Translations under genes and position numbers: made by a program | In this document: positions 1-10,600 of the stretch, in pieces | How the letters are laid out: each line of letters opens with the position of its first letter | Numbering within the stretch: the first letter of the stretch is position 1 | Source of the DNA: Amoebophrya sp. A120 | Lineage: Eukaryota; Protista; Dinoflagellata | DNA: 64,000 bases | NCBI GenBank assembly: GCA_905178155.1 | Contig: CAJINV010000004.1 | Location: 10,461,655-10,525,654, forward strand | Reading direction: 5' to 3' | Notes under the pieces: generated by a model | Told to the model about the DNA's origin: nothing | Databases searched by the model: none | Seen by the model: the letters and a program-made list of their open reading frames with translations, nothing else

Positions 1-586
1 GTTAGGGTTCATCTTTAGCATTTTCATTTTCAGCATTCTGCACACACGTGAAAATTTTCGGGTTCGTCTAAACCTCAAATATCAAGTTGTCAATAAATGC
101 CATTCGCTGTCTTCGGTCGCTACTGCTCAGGCATCGCTTGCAACAATAATTTTGAAAGTTCATTTTCCTTCTGGCTATCCTGGCGCATGTTGCATTGATT
201 TTAGTCGCGATAGGCTGCTCTACATACTGATAGCATAAGTATTTTTAAATCAAGGCTACATTAAGTTGAAAGAAGTCATCTAGACGTCAAGACAAGGTCT
301 GAGACGTCGGGAAAAAAAGATAGAGCCAAAAAACGCATCTGGACATAGTAATGGTTTTTGGGCTTCGGAAGTCGATAAGGCAGAAGTACATTCCTAGGGA
401 CAATAGTGGTAACTACAGCGTCGCGGCGTTTTTCGGAAACAGCAATCAATGCGAATAGAACTAGAGCCCAAAAGAACATTGAAAATCGAGTATTCAGGAG
501 CAATTTGAAATACATTCGTTGTCGTTGTGGCCGTCGCTCGCCGGTCGAACAAAATAAAAGCCGACATTTTCAAAGAAAAACCCTTT

Positions 587-3500
587 TCATTTCGTCTTTT
601 CCGCGACGACAAAGAGCACCAACAGCCGCCCCTTGCAGCGGTCCGGCGTGGCCCGGCCCTCGGCGGTCAACACGAGTCGCTTGTTTCTTCTGTCGACATG
701 CAGGTCCTCCGAAAAGTCGTGCACTTTGACCGAGTCGAAGCCTCCCATCATGGTCCACTCCGACCCGTACGTGTCCGACCCCCCGATGAACGGCGCGCCG
801 CCCACGATGATCTTCTGCGCGAGGTAGGACCGGGAGCAGCCGTCGTGGAACACGACGGACTTCGGGGCGGACAATGAGCCGATCTGCCGCATCAGCGCCT
901 TGCCGTCGTTGGGGGATAAATACATCATCAACCCCTCCAAAAGCCACACGGTCGGGACGGTTTTGTCGAAACCCTTGCTGACGAGGTCCTGGACCCACTT
1001 GTTTTTCTCGGAAAATTCCGTCGCCACCACCTCCCGCTTCTTGAACAGCATCGGCCACACCTTCGCGGGGTTCCCGCTGTACCCGTCGAGTTGCGGTTTT
1101 TCCAGAATGGGTTCCTTCACGTCGAAGGTGGTCTGCTGGTCCACCTCAAATACGGTCAAGTCCTCCAGCCCCTCCATGCGGTACGCCCGGGAGTCCATGC
1201 CCGCGCCGAGCAACACCAACTGCCTCGCGCCGTGGTTTATCAAATGTAAAAATGTCTGGGTCTGGAAGAACGCAACTTGTCATGCTAAATCTGAAGCATG
1301 CAAAAATCTGTGTTGCATGATTACCAAAAGTCGTCCAGTTTTGACCAAGTCGTATCGTATCGCTTTGACCTTTGACTCCTGTCAGGGCGGCGTTAGAACA
1401 GATTTAGCCTCTGCCAATACCGTGGCGTTAGAAGTCGGGAGGGAGTTTCTCATGCAGAATATGCATGAGAGAGATCGCACAGAATCTGTCATGCTAGGAC
1501 CTGCATTCCAGATCCAGACCTCATGGGTCATGGAAAAGCTGTATGACAAATCGCGCACTCCGCCAGACCCAGACACTTTTGCATTTGATATGGTTGTGGT
1601 ACCGGTCGATGAGCAGGTCGTCGCCGAACTTGGTCCGGGGCACCAAGATCCACGCCCCCATCGGCTGGCGGCGGCCAGAACTGCCGGCCAGCGCGTAGGC
1701 GGTCGGGTCCTCGAACAGCTTATCCGGGCGGCCGGACTCCTCCCACCGACTTCCCGCGCACATGCGGCCGGTGAAGGAGTGGGGCGTCTCTATCCAACAA
1801 AACAGTGTTTTACGTTAACGGTTTTCATAGGTTTTTGTCAACCGAATTTTCACGGTGTGAAGACAATCAACGACGAAGAAACGCGGGCGGTGTGAACACT
1901 GGCCATCTTGCATGTCAAGCAGAATCTAGGTGGGATTCAGTGTTTCTTAGTCGCAATCAATCTATGGTGACTATCGTCGCAGCCTGTGGGGAAAAGTTTA
2001 GGGCTCCAAACAACACACAAACTCTGCCGTCTCAGTCAAGGGGGTAAAACATGAAAGTTCAAATTTGTTCTAATCACCCTAAATTTATGAGAAATCCGAT
2101 CAACCATCGTTGATCATCACTAGCTTACAGCGTGGGATTAGACTGAACTTCATTTTTGTTCATTTGTATGAACATGCTGATTTCACATTGGATCCAAATT
2201 TGAACGACAAATTTAGAGCCTGATTTCAATGAGCATTCAATTTAGGTCGTAGGGAATTTGCTTGGCTTATGATCCTGGTGGATTTCATATCTTGCCTAAC
2301 ATTCCCCCTTCCGAATGAACATTAAATCATCGAAATGAATCAGATGAGATGACTTTGTGTGAAATTCGCATCAATCAATCCTAGAGATTATTGAAGTCAA
2401 CAAAGTGGGCTTTCGCAAATACTTCATTAGCTTTTCGTGCGGGAGCTTTGAAGATTTGGATATACTTCTCTCCTGGAAGTGGTTTTGTCAATCCATCCGC
2501 TAGATTGATATCCGTGTTTACATAGCACAAGTCTTTTACGTAGTCTCGTACTAGGTGTAGTCGAAGACTCATGTGCTTGGATCTTTTCGTGGCTACGGTT
2601 GTCTGACTCAACGCAAGCGCGGACTTGTTGTCGTTGAAGATCAACGGTAGAGATCCTGACTCTTGTTCTGAAAACCAGTTCAAATATCCTTGGTCCATAG
2701 TCATCCTTACACAGTCATACATCGCGCAATACTCGGCTTCCATTGTTGACGTAGCTCGAATCGATTGACGTTTCGACTTCCAACAGATGGGAACTCCGCG
2801 TCGATATAGGATTGTTCCTGACGTGGATCGAAAACTTACAGAACATCCTGCAAAATCTGCATCGCAGAAAGCAATAGTGTCTCTGTATTCCTTGTTTTCT
2901 AGCTCTGCGGCTTTTGTGTAGATTTCTTTGAACTTTTTCTCTTGCTGCTTGCTGTATTCCAATCCTTGCGATTTGGTTCCTTTCAAATACGCCAGAATAC
3001 GCTTAGCATCTTTTACCGTTTGGTCGGTTGGACTAGCTACCTGCGTCGCTACTCTTTGTACTGCGAATGCGATATCAGGCCGGGCAACGCAACTGATATA
3101 CAACATTCCGCCTACTAGCGATCTTATCGGAAATGTGGAATTCGACGGCGAGTCCAAGTCTGCGTGGGAATTTGGTAAACATGGGGAAACTACTGCGCGG
3201 CAGTCCTTCATGTGAAATTTCTCAAGCAGCTTATCAGTTGCGTCTTCGCAAGTGATTTCCATGACTCTCTTTTTCGCGTTGAAGGTCAACTTTGCGCCGA
3301 GAAGGTCGCGGATCTCATTGCCTTCCTTGTCATATTCTGCGAGAATTTCTCTTCCTGGGAACTCTGCTAAAATTGCATTCATTTCTGCAGCGACAAGGTC
3401 ATCATCTTCGCCTGAGATAATGTTGTCATCTACGTAAACTGCTAGCCAGAGCTCTTGCTCTTTTCCCTGTTTGTCTTTTGCAAACTTCTTGAACAAACCT

Positions 3501-6500
3501 GGTTCGTGTTCGGATACAACCCAGCCTAACTTCTTGAGTCTGCCGGAATATTCGTCATACCAGCGGCGTGGGCTGATCTTCAGACCGTATAACGACTTTA
3601 ACAGCCTGACAACGTCGCCTTTTTCTTTGTTCTTGCTCCAGCTGTTGTGCTTGGGCAGGCGACATAACTCGATCTCGTCACCTAGAGCTGCACGCTCAAA
3701 CGCATTTGAATTATCGAACTGTCTAACTTTCCATCCGCGTGCTGCTGCTTCATCAAGTAGATACCTGTTAGCGGCATGGCTCACAGTTGGGCTGTATATT
3801 TCTCCTTGAAGAGATATCTTTTGCCTGTTTCCTAGTGCTACGAGACGACACTTGTAGCGTCCGTCTCTCTTCTTCGTGTAGATGCATACCGTCGGGATAT
3901 TCTCTAACTTATCACCCATCTCTTTGATGTCTTCTGCGGTTGCATGCCTCCACGTTTTTGCTTCTTCTAGCGCTAGGCGTTCTTTCGTATCTGACTCGAT
4001 CCATTTGATTGCGTCAGGACTTTCCAGACACTTGGCCCAAGTGTGCTGCAAGCCAAAGAGGTAAGGAGTTTCGTCCTCCTCTAATTCATGACGAATCTGG
4101 AATATAGCTTCTGCTTCTTTTTCAAATTCCATCGGTAGATCTTTCAAAAGGTCAGATGACGACACAAGATTGACTTTCTGCCTTTTCTTTGCTCGAGGGC
4201 CACGACTTTGGCCTTTGTCGTTGCGTTCTTTGCGCTTTTTCTTGTCATGCCCTCGGCCCTTCTTGCGATGTTTCTTTCGTGTAGGTCCTTCAACGAGGAT
4301 CCTAGGCGCTTCTTGTGTCTCGTTCTCTTTTTCATCAGCATCAACTGTATTAGACTTTCTTTTTCGATTTCCATTCTCAGCTTTCTTTTTCTGCTTCGGG
4401 GATTTTTCAGGCGCCTCCTCTGAAAACAAATCGAGCCAATCCTGATTAGGGTTTTGATTTTCCTCGCCCCCTTCCTCAGGTTGCTCACCCCCTTCGAAAC
4501 TCTTGCCCTCGTCGTTTTCGACGGTTTCTTTTTCCTTCGAACTGCGTTTGTCCGCATCTTCTTCATCTTTCGAACGATCGGTCCTCGGAGCGTCCTGACC
4601 ACGACTGCTTTGATCATGATCTACAGCGGGCACATTCGGCTCTACGAGCTGCGAACTATCACCCAGACGCGCCGGATTCGGAAAATCAATTAACAACTTG
4701 TCAGCGTCCGGCTTCAGATCATCTATCTTGCTGACCAGCACTGATTCATCAAACTTACAACACTTCACCTCGTGGACTCCGAAGCGGATTTTGGAGCTTT
4801 TCTTACATCGACCATCTGCGGACCACATGCCTACCAGGTATGTAGAATTTTCTTGGGCGTAGCCTAGAAAGATTCCACGGGTAAACCGGTCTTCAAGCTT
4901 CGACTTCTGTGAGTGATCCTTCGCGTATACCAAGCATCCGAAACGTCGGAAATACTTGATGGAAGGTTTTCTTTTGAAGCGTTTTTCAAATGGCGACTCG
5001 CCTCCTTTGGCTGTAGGGGTTCGGGCGAATATGTGGGAGAAAGTGCGTGCTGCATAACTCCACATACGCTTATCGACTCCGACCATCATTGCCCTCACTC
5101 CGTTCTGGTGAGTTTGATTGTATCTTTCAACTTTTCCATTTTCTTGTGGTTCGTATGGAGCTGAGTAGTCAGTATGAATCGGCGGGGACTGTTTCTGTGC
5201 TGTCTTTTTCCAAGTGCTACCTGGTTCCTTGAACTCTTTGGCATTGTCGGATCTCACTCTTTTCGGTGGTCCCTCTTCATTTATCCAGACCTGCAGCTTT
5301 GCGCCTGCTTCTGCTTTGCTTTTGCAGATGAAAGAACGAGGCCAGCTGGTTGCTTGATCGATGGCATTTAGCACCCATCTTTGCGACCAGTAGTCAGGTT
5401 CCCACGGTCCAGTAAAGTCAAAATCAACTTGGTCATTGAATTTTTCAACTTTGTAGCATTCTTTCTTCGCTTTTGCATGTTGCGCGCCTTTGCTTTTCGC
5501 GAGATCGCAGGCAGGACATCGGACTACTATTCCTGGTAGACTACGATGTCCAGCACGCTGATGATCAAGAAGCATTTTCTCAGCCTTTGTCATCATAGTG
5601 GACTCTGTCTCGATCTCTTCGCACAACAAACCCTTTTCACCTGGATCTTCGTTGAACCCAAGTGCCACGGCCGGCAGCTTGGTTCCGATCCCTTTGTGAA
5701 GAAAAATTCTCTTTCCTGTCTTCCTACTTTGCAAGTAGTTGCCCCCTTCGTCGAAAACAACTCTATAGCCTTCTTTCTTCAGTTGCTCGACACTGAGGAG
5801 GGTCTGTGGAAGGAATGGATGGAATATTGCACGCTTGCAACCAAGTGCGTTTGGTTTCAATGTGCCAAAATATCCAGGGCCATCCAACTCTTTTCCGTCT
5901 GCTACAGTTATTCGCACTGGATTACTGTCGTCCCAAGATTCGAAAATCTCTGGTCGGCCCGACATGTGACTTGTTGCGCCACTGTCGCAAATTGCATCAT
6001 CGACACAATTAAAAGCTGTTTCATGATTTCGGTGCTGCTCGTCCTTTTTATTCCGATGAGCATCGTTCGCCTCGCGCACCTTCCTCAATGCTGATTCGCG
6101 AACGCTGTAGAGGTGTGCTAGCTTTCTTGCTGTGTACTCGGGCGAATGATTTTGCTCGCTTTCTTTTGCTACGATTGAAAATACTGCATCTTGTGACAGA
6201 TTGCATTTCTCAACTCGTTCGGCTTTGGACGCATCCGAAACATGAGATCGAGGAAATAAAATCTTACGGATTTCGCGATCGGTCGACTCAAGAGCCTGGA
6301 CTTGTTGTGTCATATTTGCCATCTCTGGGGTTGCAAATTGCTCAGCAAGCTCCAGCTCTGCTCTTTTTCGTTTTCCTTTCAGCTGTCTCGTTGGACCAGC
6401 TGCATCATTGGTACAAATTTCATCTTCATTCTTATCGAGATTCGAGAATAAATCATCCATATCGATTAATGATGAAGAATCTGGATTGAAGATGTCAAGC

Positions 6501-9500
6501 TTGCTGTCGAACACACATTCATCTTCTTCAAAATGACTTGTAGTCACTGGTGGTTCATCACCAGGTGGTTGTTCTTTTTGTGGGGGGTTCTTTTGGGGGG
6601 GTATTTTTGTTAAAAATTTAGTTGAAAAACATCGCGAATAATTTGTATTATAACATCGAGTTTTCGTCAGCCGTAAGAATAGTTTTCTTACTTTTTGTAG
6701 TTTGTGTAACAAGCTACTTTTCTTCGAAACACCATCTAAGACTCAGTATTTCCTACCCTTCTTTCCTTTTCCTTTCTTACCTCCACCCTTCGGCTTGTCG
6801 TTGCCCTTGCGAACAGTATTCGTGTTGTTACCCTTACCGGAATTCTTATTGGAAGACTTGTTATTGACCTTATTGCCGTTTTTGTACCAGCAATCCTTGG
6901 TGTTGTGGGATTCCGAATTGCAATTCGAACACCACTTGGAATCTCCTGCGTAATTGGCCGCATGACTGTCGTCATTGCTACCAGCAGTGTGATTCTGGGT
7001 CAAGTTCGGATTTTGCGCGATCAGATTCGCAGCGGCTTGCTGGATCAGACTCGGCATCTCTTTCTTCAACATATTGGAGAACATCTGCTTCTCACGGTTC
7101 TTCTGAACGTGATCCGGGCGCGGGCCATGCTGGTTGCGAGAATTCTTGTTGCGGACCAGATTAGCTTTGTGCTTCGTGGTCTCTCCGTTGCTAGACAGAG
7201 CGCGTTCTTCCTCGACCATATGATTCTTGGTTTCTTCGAAACTGAATCCATTAGCCAAGGCACGCTTGTTGCACTCATCGAATTCCTCGCGCATGTTCCC
7301 GAAGATACAGTGATAGCGTAACTCTTCGGCCGTAACTTTAGCGCCCAGTTTGAAATTCCAGAAGTTCTTCAGTTTGTCAATATGTTCTTCCACGGTTTCA
7401 TCTTCACCCTGCTTGCTGTTGAAATATTCCTTGATCAACATGCGGCGGGCACCGGCGGTCTGCGGGTTAGCCTTTTCCTTGATCTGAAGCATCAACCAGA
7501 CTACACACGCGCCAGCCCCGGGCTCTTCCTGAATGTCCTGAGCTTTGGCTCGGGCCTTTCCGGTTAAGGATTTGAATACTGCACCACACAACTTCGCGTA
7601 AGCAGCGCGTACTTCGGTTGTGTAGGTGGGCCAGAAGTCCTGTTCGTGTTTGCCGTCAGCAACCCACTGATCGCAGGCTAACTGATCGACCTCATCCCAC
7701 TTGTCCACGCAGACTTCTCCTTCTAAGTCTTCTTTGAACTGGGGACCGATGTTCAACGAGAACGCCTGAGCGATCACGCTACCCGTGAACGTCTGGAAGT
7801 CCTTTCCAGTTTCTCCCTCGTGTTCCGCGTCGTACAGCATTCCGACGGTGCCGGAAGTGCTCGGACGATGGTCATCACCCGGCGCCCCCATCTTTTCACG
7901 ATGAGCACGCGCGTCGCGGTTGTGTCGTCTGTTGTACTCGGTACACGCGTAGGCGGCTACCTGTACAAGAAATTTGCAATCGAATTCAGATGGTATTCAG
8001 CATCTCACATGCGATCATCTTGTTGAATTCACGATGCAATTACAGACAAAATCAGAACTACGCTTAGACTTCTATTTTCAAAAACCGATGTAATTCAGTA
8101 CCTTCTTCGTGACCTGCTGTCGGGTCCTTGCTCTTGTACCGGCCTGCTGCTCGGTACGTTAAATCCGCCGCCCAAAACTGTAATAGTTTTTGTTGGGGAG
8201 GATTAACATGCGATTTTTGTGCTCTTGCCGTGCGTGTTCGCATTTAAAATTTCCAATGATTTTAGAAAACAGACCGAATGTAAGTACAATTTTTAGTACC
8301 TTTTTGCTCCTCGCTCGATGCTTCGGCAAAGGTTACGGGCTTCGTAGCGCGCACCTTTGGTCGCTTTGTCTCTCTTGCACCTGTGTAGGTGTATGATTAC
8401 AAATTCTCTCTTACTTTCAAACAGCCTCTGACCGTGTTTCAGCAATTGATATCACGGCAGCAAATCACCACTGTTGGTTGATTTGAACTCGGTGGCTGGG
8501 GGTTATTTTGCCTAATTTTTTAGTTCAAATTCAAACAAAAATTCTATTCAAAAACACTACCAAAAATTCAAAATTTTCTCTATTTTTCTTCGCGCTTTTA
8601 GTACCTTCCTGCGGGTCTTGGTGTGGTTGGTGGTTTGGTTCTGGTCCTGGCTTGGTAGGTGTTGTCGTGTTCGTTGCGGGGGGACCAGGCTTGGTAGTTG
8701 TTGTCGTGTTGGCACTGGTCGTGTCTTGCGTCAGCGCTCAAGGCTGTGCCGATAGAATGTCAACCGGATTTTCACGGTGTGAAGACAATCAACGACGAAG
8801 AAACGCGGGCGGTGTGAACACTGGCCATCTTGCATGTCAAGCAGAATCTAGGTGGGATTCAGTGTTTCTTAGTCGCAATCAATCTATGGTGACTATCGTC
8901 TCAGCCTGTGGGGAAAAGTTTAGGGCTCCAAACAACACACAAACTCTGACGTCTCAGTCAAGGGGGTAAAGCATGAAAGTTCAAATTTGTTCTAATCACC
9001 CTAAATTTATGAGAAATCCGATCAACCATCGTTGGTCGTCACTAGCTTACAGCGTGGGATTAGACTGAGCTTCATTTTTGTTCATTTGTATGAACATGCT
9101 GATTTCGCATTGGATCCAAATTTGAACGACAAATTTAGAGCCTGATTTCAATGAGCATTCAATTTAGGTCGTAGGGAATTTGCTTGGCTTATGATCCTGG
9201 TGGATTTCATATCTTGCCTAACAGNACAGCCTGTGGGGAAAAGTTTAGGGCTCCAAACAACACACAAACTCTGACGTCTCAGTCAAGGGGGTAAAGCATG
9301 AAAGTTCAAATTTGTTCTAATCACCCTAAATTTATGAGAAATCCGATCAACCATCGTTGGTCGTCACTAGCTTACAGCGTGGGATTAGACTGAGCTTCAT
9401 TTTTGTTCATTTGTATGAACATGCTGATTTCGCATTGGATCCAAATTTGAACGACAAATTTAGAGCCTGATTTCAATGAGCATTCAATTTAGGTCGTAGG

Positions 9501-9872
9501 GAATTTGCTTGGCTTATGATCCTGGTGGATTTCATATCTTGCCTAACAGTTTTAGATATGCATGACAGATTTTGCCTAGTATGCATGCTATGCATGACAA
9601 ATTTGGGAACGTTTTGTGATGCATTACTGCATCACAAAATCCGTTAACGTTAACACTTTTTCCTGTGATAGTCTCCACCTCCATGTCCGAATCGTCCCCG
9701 GATGAAAAGTATGCATTGCAAAAGTATCGTACTAGTATAAATTGCATCACAAATTTTGGCAAGAAGAAAGGTGTAATCTGTAATGCTGTTTTACCTTAGA
9801 AAGGAGATTTGTCATGCATATTTGCAATTAGTACGACTACGATACTTTTGCACAGGATAAAAAGCGGCCCAT
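587..9872 (-). CDS. SAM-dependent methyltransferase (leucine carboxyl methyltransferase / Rv0731c-like family). Exons ~9872-9860, 9709-9671, 1790-1591, 1237-587; 5' end uncertain
   Basis: Motifs FTGRMCAGSRWEESGRPDKLFEDPTAYALAG, QLVLLGAGMDSRAYR, VFEVDQ and WLLEGLMMYL. Removing three TAT..ATA elements plus one direct repeat each gives MGRF|SSGDDSDMEVE|TPHSFTGR...YHN|HGARQLV in frame. The frame also stays open ~300 nt upstream of the ATG at 9872. Confidence 0.8.
1238..1590. mobile_element. Introner-like element, TIR family A (353 bp)
   Basis: TIR tatcaaatgtaaaaatgtctgggtctgg / ccagacccagacacttttgcatttgata; direct repeat tggtt at 1233-1237 and 1591-1595. Confidence 0.92.
1836..2301 (-). repeat. 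3' LTR of the copia element
   Basis: tgtcaacc...gcctaaca, near-identical to 8758-9223. Confidence 0.95.
2302..2313 (-). other. Polypurine tract
   Basis: cggaagggggaa on the minus strand, immediately before the 3' LTR. Confidence 0.8.
2381..6742 (-). CDS. pol: Copia Pol polyprotein (protease, integrase, reverse transcriptase, RNase H)
   Basis: Protease ICDSGATSHM; integrase HQRAGH..CPAC, DFTGP, RSDNAKEF, ENGKVER; RT YKCRLVALG, KSLYGLK, VYVDD; RNase H CDADFAG, STMEAEY, NDNKSA, LADGLTK. The frame is open back to the gag stop. Confidence 0.95.
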   Translation of the reverse strand, partial: VLDGVSKKSSLLHKLQKVRKLFLRLTKTRCYNTNYSRCFSTKFLTKIPPQKNPPQKEQPPGDEPPVTTSHFEEDECVFDSKLDIFNPDSSSLIDMDDLFSNLDKNEDEICTNDAAGPTRQLKGKRKRAELELAEQFATPEMANMTQQVQALESTDREIRKILFPRSHVSDASKAERVEKCNLSQDAVFSIVAKESEQNHSPEYTARKLAHLYSVRESALRKVREANDAHRNKKDEQHRNHETAFNCVDDAICDSGATSHMSGRPEIFESWDDSNPVRITVADGKELDGPGYFGTLKPNALGCKRAIFHPFLPQTLLSVEQLKKEGYRVVFDEGGNYLQSRKTGKRIFLHKGIGTKLPAVALGFNEDPGEKGLLCEEIETESTMMTKAEKMLLDHQRAGHRSLPGIVVRCPACDLAKSKGAQHAKAKKECYKVEKFNDQVDFDFTGPWEPDYWSQRWVLNAIDQATSWPRSFICKSKAEAGAKLQVWINEEGPPKRVRSDNAKEFKEPGSTWKKTAQKQSPPIHTDYSAPYEPQENGKVERYNQTHQNGVRAMMVGVDKRMWSYAARTFSHIFARTPTAKGGESPFEKRFKRKPSIKYFRRFGCLVYAKDHSQKSKLEDRFTRGIFLGYAQENSTYLVGMWSADGRCKKSSKIRFGVHEVKCCKFDESVLVSKIDDLKPDADKLLIDFPNPARLGDSSQLVEPNVPAVDHDQSSRGQDAPRTDRSKDEEDADKRSSKEKETVENDEGKSFEGGEQPEEGGEENQNPNQDWLDLFSEEAPEKSPKQKKKAENGNRKRKSNTVDADEKENETQEAPRILVEGPTRKKHRKKGRGHDKKKRKERNDKGQSRGPRAKKRQKVNLVSSSDLLKDLPMEFEKEAEAIFQIRHELEEDETPYLFGLQHTWAKCLESPDAIKWIESDTKERLALEEAKTWRHATAEDIKEMGDKLENIPTVCIYTKKRDGRYKCRLVALGNRQKISLQGEIYSPTVSHAANRYLLDEAAARGWKVRQFDNSNAFERAALGDEIELCRLPKHNSWSKNKEKGDVVRLLKSLYGLKISPRRWYDEYSGRLKKLGWVVSEHEPGLFKKFAKDKQGKEQELWLAVYVDDNIISGEDDDLVAAEMNAILAEFPGREILAEYDKEGNEIRDLLGAKLTFNAKKRVMEITCEDATDKLLEKFHMKDCRAVVSPCLPNSHADLDSPSNSTFPIRSLVGGMLYISCVARPDIAFAVQRVATQVASPTDQTVKDAKRILAYLKGTKSQGLEYSKQQEKKFKEIYTKAAELENKEYRDTIAFCDADFAGCSVSFRSTSGTILYRRGVPICWKSKRQSIRATSTMEAEYCAMYDCVRMTMDQGYLNWFSEQESGSLPLIFNDNKSALALSQTTVATKRSKHMSLRLHLVRDYVKDLCYVNTDINLADGLTKPLPGEKYIQIFKAPARKANEVFAKAHFVDFNNL
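6743..7891 (-). CDS. gag: Copia Gag
   Basis: 382-aa ORF with the CCHC zinc knuckle CSNCNSESHNTKDC and a basic tail; same frame as pol. Confidence 0.88.
   Translation of the reverse strand: MGAPGDDHRPSTSGTVGMLYDAEHEGETGKDFQTFTGSVIAQAFSLNIGPQFKEDLEGEVCVDKWDEVDQLACDQWVADGKHEQDFWPTYTTEVRAAYAKLCGAVFKSLTGKARAKAQDIQEEPGAGACVVWLMLQIKEKANPQTAGARRMLIKEYFNSKQGEDETVEEHIDKLKNFWNFKLGAKVTAEELRYHCIFGNMREEFDECNKRALANGFSFEETKNHMVEEERALSSNGETTKHKANLVRNKNSRNQHGPRPDHVQKNREKQMFSNMLKKEMPSLIQQAAANLIAQNPNLTQNHTAGSNDDSHAANYAGDSKWCSNCNSESHNTKDCWYKNGNKVNNKSSNKNSGKGNNTNTVRKGNDKPKGGGKKGKGKKGRKY
8758..9223 (-). repeat. 5' LTR of the copia element
   Basis: Direct repeat of 1836-2301. Confidence 0.95.
9226..9548. repeat. 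Partial LTR duplicate next to an N (probable assembly artefact)
   Basis: Identical to the distal part of the right LTR and begins directly after the N at 9225. Confidence 0.7.
9710..9859. mobile_element. Introner-like element, family B (150 bp)
   Basis: TIR tatgcattgcaaaagtatcgta / tacgatacttttgcacaggata; direct repeat aaaag. Confidence 0.88.
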
Positions 9873-10600
9873 AGAGTCGGTGATTATCTCGCCGGAGGCG
9901 CCGGTTGTGATGGGCGGGTTCTTCGCCGAAGTGAAGGGAATCAAGGTCGTGGGTGTGAAAAATGAGCCTGGTGTAGTTGTGGAGAGAACCGCAACTCCGA
10001 GGCCAGAAAACGCAATCGGCTTGCGCCTCTTGACCAGGGTGCGGAAAAACTGCTGAATCTTTTTCGAATTCGAAGTCCCAGCCCGGAGACGAGACTGACT
10101 GCTGCGTAGGAGAGGGTATGATTTGGGTATGAATTCGAATAAAAAGGTTCTGTCTGACGTTCGTTCTTGAAACTACAAAAGGTCCCTTTTGCAAAGGCAA
10201 ACCGGTGCCCAGGTCCTCAAAAAAACGTAACTACTGCAACTGCGATTGAAGAGAAACGAAATTGATAAAATCGAAAAAGTAAAAGCTGGCAAGCCCGAGT
10301 AAATATTGCTGGGGGTGACAACGCGGGTTGGGAGTTGGGTACTGAGATGCAACAAGAATAATGTACATTTTATAAGAAAATGAGCTGATACATCGACACA
10401 TCATAATCAATCTACGACCCACAATCAGACTACGTTTAATACTCATCGTCGTTCATTGGCATATCACACAACGTCACTACATCTTCAGATAATTCAGTTG
10501 TCAAGGAACCGAAAAACGCTTGGTGTATCTCTCAGAGAGATGCTACAGTAAGAACAGGAACACTCGTTGTTCGCAGAAAGTATCTCGAAGGTTTGTGCTG

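Larger units (their letters stand above)
1836..9223 (-). mobile_element. Ty1/copia LTR retrotransposon, apparently full length
   Basis: 466-bp TG..CA LTRs at 1836-2301 and 8758-9223 (about 8 differences by eye); TSD gtttt at 1831-1835 and 9549-9553 (after a gap-associated LTR duplicate); PPT next to the left LTR; PR-IN-RT-RH domain order. Confidence 0.96.
1791..9670. mobile_element. Introner-like element (~162 bp core) with a nested copia retrotransposon
   Basis: Imperfect TIR tatccaacaaaacagtgttttacgttaacgg / ccgttaacgtaacactttttcctgtgata; direct repeat gtctc at 1786-1790 and 9671-9675; removal restores the methyltransferase frame. Confidence 0.85.

Noticed and set aside
1-10. Telomere at the window start (gttagggtt)
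   Set aside because: A single unit, not an array
1238-1300. Recurrent peptide IKCKNVWVWK / CMITKSRP in many ORF-track entries as a protein family
   Set aside because: It is a translation of the family A introner TIR and interior, not a gene
2381-6742. Copia integrase as the mobiliser of the introners (both make 5-bp TSDs)
   Set aside because: LTR integrases join CA-3' ends, whereas the introners end in ATA and share no sequence with the LTR termini
9226-9548. Third LTR, suggesting a tandem-LTR structure
   Set aside because: It starts right after an N and is identical to the adjacent LTR. The g at 9224 matches the first TSD base. Most likely an unmerged contig overlap.
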